NCBI GenBank assembly: GCA_964610335.1 | Contig: CAZSVP010000003.1 | Location: 77,531-141,530 of the forward strand | Source of the DNA: an uncultured Candidatus Saccharibacteria bacterium | GTDB lineage: Bacteria > Patescibacteriota > Saccharimonadia > CAILAD01 > BJGX01 | Length of the DNA stretch: 64,000 nt | Direction: 5' to 3' | In this document: positions 57,390 to 64,000 of the stretch, in pieces | How positions within the stretch are numbered: the stretch's first letter is position 1 | How the letters are laid out: each line of letters starts with the position of its first letter | Program-made: the position numbers and the translations under genes | Notes under the pieces: generated by a model | Told to the model about the DNA's origin: nothing | The model's database searches: none | Seen by the model: only the letters and a program-made list of their open reading frames with translations

Positions 57390-58646
57390 ATGCAAAAACT
57401 AATTATCAACGGGCCTGCACAGCTAAACGGCACAGTTAAGATTTCAGGTAGCAAAAATCATGTTCTACCCATGATGGCTGCTAGCTTGCTTTGCGATGAA
57501 CCAATCACGCTCCACAACGTACCACTAATCTCTGATGTGGATGTAATGTTACAAATTCTATCAGAATTTGGCGTAACCCATACTCGCAACCAACATAGTC
57601 TTACGCTTGATGCCAGTCTAGCGAAACCAGCCACAATCGGCAAAGAGCTTGCTGATCGCATGCGGGCTTCTATATTGGTTCTCGGACCTGCAATTGCAAG
57701 GTTTGGCGAAGTATCAGCTTACGAACCGGGTGGAGATATTATTGGCGCACGACCGCTAACTGGTCATATCAGAGTTTTTGAGAAGCTTGGAATTGCTGTT
57801 AGCCACAAAGACGATTTATTAGGGTTAAAAGGTAAGCCCAAGGCTACAAGTTTTATAATGGATGAACTGTCTGTTACGCCAGCGGAGAATGCTGTTTTGG
57901 CTGCTGTATTATCAGATGGGGTTACAAATATTCGTAGAGTAGCATTGGAGCCACATGTGACTGAACTTTGTAGGTTTTTAAACTCTCTCGGCGCAAAGAT
58001 TGAGGGTATTGATACTCATAACTTACAAATAACAGGCGTGTCGAAACTGCATGGTGGAGAGGGAACAATTATTCCCGATCAGCTTGAGGCTGGCACATTT
58101 GCTATTGCGGCGGCGGCAACTGGCGGCGATGTTGTTATTGAACATTTTGTTGCAAGTGATCACGATGCATTGCTGACTGTTTTTGAAAAAATGCAGGTAA
58201 ACGCTGAGATTATAGACCCAACAAGTATACATATTAGACCAAGTGAGCGGCTGATCGGTACAAGAGTAGTAACACACCCTTATCCCAATTTCCCAACTGA
58301 TTTGCAAGCTCCGATGGCTGTTCTAATGACTCAAGCACATGGCAAGTCTGAAATATTTGAAACCATGTATGAGGGACGTATGAGTTACCTATACGAGTTA
58401 CAAAGAATGGGTGCGCAAGTAAGCATTCAAGATAGTCACGTGGGGCTAATTACTGGTCCAGGTAAACTAAAGGGTGCGGAGTTGATTTCTTTTGATATTC
58501 GTGCAGGAGCTACGCTTTTGCTGGCAGCACTTGTAGCAGATGGCAAAACAGTTATAGAGCGGATTGAGCACATTGATCGTGGCTACGAACATTTTGATGA
58601 GAAACTACGAAGCCTTGGTGCTGATATTAAGCGCGTCGATGCCTAA
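57390..58646 (+). CDS. murA: UDP-N-acetylglucosamine 1-carboxyvinyltransferase
   Basis: 'INGPAQLNGTVKISGSKN', 418 aa. Confidence 0.9.
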   Translation: MQKLIINGPAQLNGTVKISGSKNHVLPMMAASLLCDEPITLHNVPLISDVDVMLQILSEFGVTHTRNQHSLTLDASLAKPATIGKELADRMRASILVLGPAIARFGEVSAYEPGGDIIGARPLTGHIRVFEKLGIAVSHKDDLLGLKGKPKATSFIMDELSVTPAENAVLAAVLSDGVTNIRRVALEPHVTELCRFLNSLGAKIEGIDTHNLQITGVSKLHGGEGTIIPDQLEAGTFAIAAAATGGDVVIEHFVASDHDALLTVFEKMQVNAEIIDPTSIHIRPSERLIGTRVVTHPYPNFPTDLQAPMAVLMTQAHGKSEIFETMYEGRMSYLYELQRMGAQVSIQDSHVGLITGPGKLKGAELISFDIRAGATLLLAALVADGKTVIERIEHIDRGYEHFDEKLRSLGADIKRVDA

Positions 58647-58689
58647 CCCCAGATTGGTCTTGAGTAAGCTAGCCTGATACAATAACAGC

Positions 58690-59697
58690 ATGATTTTTCC
58701 AAGAATAGCTATAGATCTAGGTACTTCTACCGTGCGAGTATATGTGCCAAAGAAGGGTATTGTTGCCCAAGAGCCTTCAGTGGTGGCAGTAAGTGTCGAC
58801 GATAATCGGATTCTAGCGGTAGGTAGTGAAGCTCGCGAGATGCTTGGTCGTACCCCAGACGTGATTACCGCTTCTAGACCGCTGGTGGACGGTGTGATTG
58901 CTGATTATAGAGTAACTGAGGCGCTACTTAGATACCTACTCAACAAGATTATGGGGCGTTTGCGAGTCTTTAGGCCAGAAGTAATGATAAGTGTGCCAGC
59001 TAGCATTACTTCCACAGAGCGACGAGCTGTGATTGATGCTGCAGTTAGCGCTGGCGCCAGACGAGTATATATTATTCGCACGCCCGTCGCAGCTGCCATT
59101 GGAGCCCAAGTACCAATTGCAGCGCCAGCCGGCAATCTAGTGGTTGATATCGGTGAGGGAACTACCGAAGTTGCTATTCTCAGCCTAGGTGGGATTGTGG
59201 CCCAAAAAAGTGAGCGGCTAGGCGGCGGCAAGCTTGATGCAGCCATTATGGAATATGTCCGGAAAAAACACGGTTTAATTATTGGTAGCCAATCAGCCGA
59301 AGAGATAAAAATAGATATTGGCTCAGCACTGCCGTTGACGAAAAAACTAAAGAAGCAAGTTCGTGGACGCGACGCTGTAGCTGGATTACCTCGGACTATT
59401 GAGCTCAGTTCAGATGAGATTACGGAAGCCATTAACGAGCACCTTAACGATATCTTACTAGTAGTCAAATCAGTATTAGAACAAACACCACCTGAGCTGT
59501 CCAGCGACATAATTGATCGCGGTATGATCATGACTGGTGGTGGTAGTTTGCTGCGCAACATCGACAAACTAATGACCAAGGTTACGGGTGTACCGAGTTA
59601 TGTAACAGATGATGCCCAACTTAGCGTAATCAAAGGAGCTGGCATTGCGACTGAAAATCTTTCCGAATACTTACGGAGCGTTATGAGTAATCGATGA
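58690..59697 (+). CDS. MreB paralog (Mbl-like second actin homolog)
   Basis: 'IAIDLGTSTVRVYV' and 'DIGEGTTEVAILS' actin-fold motifs. Confidence 0.85.
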   Translation: MIFPRIAIDLGTSTVRVYVPKKGIVAQEPSVVAVSVDDNRILAVGSEAREMLGRTPDVITASRPLVDGVIADYRVTEALLRYLLNKIMGRLRVFRPEVMISVPASITSTERRAVIDAAVSAGARRVYIIRTPVAAAIGAQVPIAAPAGNLVVDIGEGTTEVAILSLGGIVAQKSERLGGGKLDAAIMEYVRKKHGLIIGSQSAEEIKIDIGSALPLTKKLKKQVRGRDAVAGLPRTIELSSDEITEAINEHLNDILLVVKSVLEQTPPELSSDIIDRGMIMTGGGSLLRNIDKLMTKVTGVPSYVTDDAQLSVIKGAGIATENLSEYLRSVMSNR

Positions 59698-60995
59698 ACA
59701 AGGCTGCCTCATCCTCCAAACAATCTTGGCAACAATGGCTAAAATGGGGAGTAGTAGGCTTGTTAATATATTTGCCGTTTCATGCAATGGTTTCAATTGC
59801 GTTAGGTCATTTTGTTGGTTTTCAAACATTTTTCTCATTAGCCAAAGATGGTTTTGTGGTGTTATTAATAGTTGGATTGATTTGGCTAGGGGCTAAGGAA
59901 AAAGATTGGCGTAGTTGGATTATGCGACCTGTCAACTTGGTCGCAACTGGTATTGTTGTGCTTACACTTATTGTTACATTACTGATTAGCGCTCCACTGT
60001 CTCAACTAGTGTATGGTGTAAAAGCCAATATACTACCACTGATTTTGTTTGTAGTGATTCAACCAGCTATTAAGTTGATCCCCAAAAACCAGCTAGCCAA
60101 AATTATCTGTATACCTGCGCTTGTGATTGCTGTATTTGCTGTTTTTCAAACACTTTGGTTACCAGCGCAGTTTTTTGCTGCGGTAGGATATAGCGACTCT
60201 ACTATAGCCCCTCTACAGTTTATAGATAGCGCATCGAATATTAAGCGCGCTTTTGCCACCCTTGGCGGCCCGAACCAGCTTGGGGCGTATCTAATAATCC
60301 CAATTAGTTTTGCAACCATCTTACTTATTCGCTATCGACGTTGGCGCTATGGGGTGGTGTTGGCAGTATTACTAGCTGGCTTACTTGTGAGTTTCTCCAG
60401 AAGCGCCTGGCTTGGTGGAATAGCCGTACTAGGGCTTAGCTTGCTTAGTATTCTGACTCTCTGGCTCCAAATAGGCCTACCAGTAAGTTTGGTTACCATG
60501 GTGTTAATATTTTGGAATAACATATTGAGTAGTCTGCAAAACAGTACCAATAAGTATTTGCAGTATATTGTTCTACACGGACGATTCTTCTCAGAGAAAA
60601 ACATTGGTTCACCAGATAGCTTTCGACAAATGCACTTATTCGAACAACTTAAACTAATTGGTAGGGAGCCATTTGGCCACGGTCTTGGGTCGGCAGGCCC
60701 TGCAAGTAAACTAGGTAGCAATCCAGTGATTGCTGAAAGTTGGTATGTACAGATAGCCCATGAGATAGGCGTACTTGGTTTGGCTGGCTACCTAGCATTA
60801 TTAATACTAGGTCTATGGAGGCTGTTTTCTTCCCCAAGCTCAATGCTTCGTGATAGTGTATTAGTAATGATGGCTGGACTTATTGTTGTGAACTTGTTTA
60901 TACATGGCCTAGCCGATAGTACACTTAGCTATATGGCAGCTGTACTTGTTGGTTTAGCAATAGGAGAGTCATATGCGTATCGCGCTCGTTCATGA
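59694..60995 (+). CDS. Polytopic membrane protein, O-antigen ligase/polymerase-like (Wzy_C-type)
   Basis: About 11 TM segments; 'FSRSAWLGGIAVLGL' and 'ESWYVQIAHEIGVLG' segments; an SEDS/RodA identity cannot be excluded. Confidence 0.4.
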   Translation: MNKAASSSKQSWQQWLKWGVVGLLIYLPFHAMVSIALGHFVGFQTFFSLAKDGFVVLLIVGLIWLGAKEKDWRSWIMRPVNLVATGIVVLTLIVTLLISAPLSQLVYGVKANILPLILFVVIQPAIKLIPKNQLAKIICIPALVIAVFAVFQTLWLPAQFFAAVGYSDSTIAPLQFIDSASNIKRAFATLGGPNQLGAYLIIPISFATILLIRYRRWRYGVVLAVLLAGLLVSFSRSAWLGGIAVLGLSLLSILTLWLQIGLPVSLVTMVLIFWNNILSSLQNSTNKYLQYIVLHGRFFSEKNIGSPDSFRQMHLFEQLKLIGREPFGHGLGSAGPASKLGSNPVIAESWYVQIAHEIGVLGLAGYLALLILGLWRLFSSPSSMLRDSVLVMMAGLIVVNLFIHGLADSTLSYMAAVLVGLAIGESYAYRARS

Positions 60996-62085
60996 TTGGT
61001 TAAACCACAAGCGGGGTGGAGCTGAAGCTGTTTTGTTTGAGCTAGCTAAGCTTTATCCAGAAGCTGACATCTATACGCTAGTATATCGAGCCGAGTATTT
61101 CCCTGAACTTGTGAGTAGGAATGTAATAACTTCGAGTTTACAAAGCTACCCGAAGAAATTGCGCAACAACCCAAAGTATCTTTTACCGGCAATTGCAAAA
61201 GCAGTTGGAAAGTGGCGATTTGACAAGTATGATCTAGTAATCAGTAGTTCGAATGCTTGGGTGAAAAACATCAAAATACCTAAAAATACTAAACATATTT
61301 GTTATTGTCACACTCCAGCTCGTATGTTGTGGGACCAATGGCCAAGCTATCTAGATAAACATTTTCCGCCCAAGAGTCGACTCCAACCGACTCGTTTGGC
61401 ATTACTTAAGGTTTGTTCCGGATTAAGGGTATGGGATTACTATGGTAGCACTGGAGTAACAGAGTTTGTGGCCAATAGTATGTATGTCTCCACTCGCATC
61501 AGAAAGTTTTACAAACGTGATTCCGTTGTGATATACCCACCAGTTGCAGTCAATCAATTTAAGCCCACCAAACGGGTAGTGAAGCAAGGTTTCTACCTAG
61601 TACTATCTACACTGGCAGACTACAAACAAATCGACATTATCATTGAAGCTTTCAAAGAATCTGGTAGGGAACTAATTGTGGCCGGAGATGGTGCTGATCG
61701 AAGTAGACTCGAGGACATTGCGCAAGGTGCAGCAAATATAAGCTTCGTAGGGTATGTAGACGAGGCTCAAAAGATTAAACTATTACAGGAAGCTAAGGGG
61801 TTTGTTTTTGCAAACATTGAAGACTTTGGCATAGCGCCAGTAGAGGCGATGGCGGCCGGTACTGGCGTGATTGCATTGCGTGGTGGCGGGCTCAATGAGA
61901 CTGTCGTTGAGCCAAAAACTGGCATTTTTTTTGATAATCCTAACGCCCAAAGCCTAAACACAGCCCTAAGTAGATATGAAAAAACAAGTTTCAAAACTTC
62001 TGAATTGATTGATCAAGCCAAGAAATTCTCTGATAAAAGTTTTTTGCGAAATATTGATAAATTTGTACAAGACCATGCCAAATAA
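60973..62085 (+). CDS. Glycosyltransferase family 4 (GT-B, Glycos_transf_1)
   Basis: 'EDFGIAPVEAMAAGTGVIALRGGG' EX7E-type motif. Confidence 0.75.
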   Translation: MRIALVHDWLNHKRGGAEAVLFELAKLYPEADIYTLVYRAEYFPELVSRNVITSSLQSYPKKLRNNPKYLLPAIAKAVGKWRFDKYDLVISSSNAWVKNIKIPKNTKHICYCHTPARMLWDQWPSYLDKHFPPKSRLQPTRLALLKVCSGLRVWDYYGSTGVTEFVANSMYVSTRIRKFYKRDSVVIYPPVAVNQFKPTKRVVKQGFYLVLSTLADYKQIDIIIEAFKESGRELIVAGDGADRSRLEDIAQGAANISFVGYVDEAQKIKLLQEAKGFVFANIEDFGIAPVEAMAAGTGVIALRGGGLNETVVEPKTGIFFDNPNAQSLNTALSRYEKTSFKTSELIDQAKKFSDKSFLRNIDKFVQDHAK

Positions 62086-62824
62086 ACCACTTCTCAATAT
62101 TGCAGGGGTACCAATAGATGAACTTAATGCCGAACAGGCTATTGACCAGACAGAAGACTGGCTTCTACAAGACAAATCGGCATTAATAGTTACTCCCAAT
62201 AGCGAGATGATCATGCTTGCGCAACGTGACAACAAGCTTCGGCAAGCTTTGAGTGATGCCCAGTTGCGCTTGGCTGACTCTGTGGGCGTTACCTGGGCAG
62301 TCAGCAAATTATACAGCAAGAGAATTGATAGAATTAGTGGCTCCGATTTTGCATATTCGTTAGTAGAGCTAGCTGATAGACAGAATTTATCCGTACTGTT
62401 GGTAAGTCGCAGCGATGGCCTAGACCCAACCTCTTCCGAAACAGCCAAGTCGGTGTTGTCACAGCGCTATAAAGGTGCCAAACTCCATGCGTATGTGTTT
62501 GACAATACAAATTTGGATGTCAATCCCAAACATATGCAGTCCTATAAAGCAGATATCATATTGCTAGGTTTGGGAACACCACTTGCTGAAGTATGGGCTG
62601 CCCAACACCTTAGTAGTTTTAAAAAGCCTACAATAATGCTTTGTTGCGGCGGTGGCATAGACTTTATTGCCGGCATCCAAAAACGCGCTCCAAAGCTTAT
62701 GCGAAAACTCGGATTTGAATGGTTGTGGCGACTTATTAGACAACCGAAGCGTATATTTAGGCAGTTTGCACTGGTAAAGTTTGTAAGGCTAATTTTGAAA
62801 CAAAAACATAGTCGCACAGGCTAA
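62075..62824 (+). CDS. WecB/TagA/CpsF-family glycosyltransferase
   Basis: Family-typical 'GxDF' segment 'LCCGGGIDFIAGIQKRAPKLMRKLGFEWLWRLIRQPKR'; start refined to ATG 62075. Confidence 0.75.
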   Translation: MPNKPLLNIAGVPIDELNAEQAIDQTEDWLLQDKSALIVTPNSEMIMLAQRDNKLRQALSDAQLRLADSVGVTWAVSKLYSKRIDRISGSDFAYSLVELADRQNLSVLLVSRSDGLDPTSSETAKSVLSQRYKGAKLHAYVFDNTNLDVNPKHMQSYKADIILLGLGTPLAEVWAAQHLSSFKKPTIMLCCGGGIDFIAGIQKRAPKLMRKLGFEWLWRLIRQPKRIFRQFALVKFVRLILKQKHSRTG

Positions 62825-62884
62825 TTTTCTTATGGTATAATAAGCTCTACATTGGAGGGTGTAATAGACGCTAATTCAAACATA

Positions 62885-64000
62885 CCATGTCCCAATTGCG
62901 GCGCTACCCAGCGAATTCAAATTGCTGGAAGGATTTTTTGTGCTAATTGTGGTACCAGGCTAGATAGCGGGGCTAGCGCAAGCCAGGATACTTCGCAACC
63001 CGCAATAATTCCTACTTCTCAAACCACACATGAGCCAGCTGGCGCTATAGCTCCAGATCTAAATCAGCCCTCAGCTCAAACCGTGGCAGCTGACCCGTAC
63101 CGACCGCTTGATCACAACACCCAAACACCAACTCAGCCCGTTGCTCCATTGACAGAACAGAATACACCAGCTTCGCAGCAAACTACAGCACCAACAGCTC
63201 AGCAGTTTGTTGTTAATAAGCAGCCCCAACCAGAGTGGCTACGAGCAGCCGCTAATGATGCCGTGCAGCTTAACCAGCCGCAAGCTCAGTCTACAGCAGC
63301 TCCTACTTCAGCGCCTGCCAGTACAGCAGTATCAACAGATCCTCAAGCTGTTCAAACACCACAAATAAACCCTGCTGCCGTAGCTCAACTACAACAAGTT
63401 TACGCCGATCGAGACAACCAAGTTGCGGCCGTTACGCAAGCATCTGCTCAAGTAGCTGCGCAACAGCCGCAACAACCAATGACTGACATTTCTCTGCCAC
63501 AGCAACCAGCTCAACCAACTGAGAATATTGGTAATGAACTAGGCGGTCTGGAGGACGCTCGTAATCCTGTCATCTCAGATGCACAATTTAGTGTACTTGC
63601 TAAATCTGCCCAACAGCCAGTATCATTACCTCAACAGGCGCCGACTATGACTAATCCAACAACCCCCACACCCATTCACGACATTCGACCAGCCAAAGCA
63701 AATCTTAGTGACATTACTAAGGTTGGTGTGACGCCAACTACTATAACTAGCAATATTGAAGAATTGCCAACTCCTGCCAATACCTCTAACAAAGGAACGG
63801 GTATGAAAGTTGCCAGCGCTGTTGCCACAATAGCGGCTATTGCTATTGTTAGCATCTATGTTTGGCAGATTAATTATCCAAACCTGGCAGTGAAGGTAGC
63901 TGGTGCTAAATCTGGCTTGGCAGTGAGTATGCCGACTTATATGCCAGCTGGTTGGCGATTAAGTGGCGATATCAGTGCCAGCCCAGGGCTTGTACAATAC
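62885..64000 (+). CDS. Zinc-ribbon (CPNCG...CANCG) plus Q/P/A/T-rich low-complexity plus TM protein; truncated at the window end, start unclear
   Basis: Long open frame with a GGAGGGTG RBS at 62854 but no in-frame ATG/GTG/TTG; the ATG at 62887 is in another frame. Confidence 0.4.

Overview
This 64-kb window looks like a small, gene-dense bacterial chromosome segment with about 46-48% GC, interrupted by one strongly GC-rich island and several smaller GC-elevated islets. Gene content and synteny fit a Gram-positive-type, reduced genome, possibly Candidate Phyla Radiation / Saccharibacteria-like; that taxonomic call is inference. The supporting observations are the rpsB-tsf-frr-uppS-rseP and mreBCD-PBP2 arrays, a class I LysRS, a sortase with an LPXTG substrate, short intergenic regions and frequent overlapping starts and stops.

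Housekeeping genes I can support: prmC/prfA/rpmE; typA; an MFS and an ABC exporter; rpsB-tsf-frr-uppS-rseP; mreB-mreC-mreD-mrdA; greA; class-I lysS; serS; hpf; secA; an FKBP PPIase; murD; prfB; ftsEX with an adjacent coiled-coil/CHAP (PcsB-like) hydrolase; a C-terminal processing protease; pyrG; rpmA; xseAB; one tRNA-Leu(CAA); murA; a second mreB; and a cell-envelope glycan cluster.

Most notable features:
1. A roughly 4.4-kb island at about 36460-40860 whose GC is far above the flanks (one 60-nt stretch counted at 73%). It carries four same-strand genes of unknown function: a Pro/Ala-rich cytoplasmic protein, a small acidic protein, a four-helix membrane protein and a secreted Thr/Pro-rich protein. 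The island has an internally repeated regulatory architecture. It is driven from a chromosomal sigma70-like promoter on its left and sits immediately upstream of a strongly promoted LPXTG surface-protein gene.
2. Three tandem paralogous small membrane-anchored proteins at the window start, with a conserved N-terminal 'SGFKFRWWMG'+TM module and divergent C-termini.
3. Two GC-rich, non-coding, highly structured loci (4780-5200 and 16061-16640) that are probably large ncRNAs. Candidates are rnpB and ssrA; the second locus carries a tmRNA-like tag reading frame, 'ANHDNPFWGRDTQLAA*'.
4. Smaller GC-elevated islets carrying small hypothetical genes.

No CRISPR array, integrase or transposase was seen. 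All identifications rest on motif-level reading without database searches.
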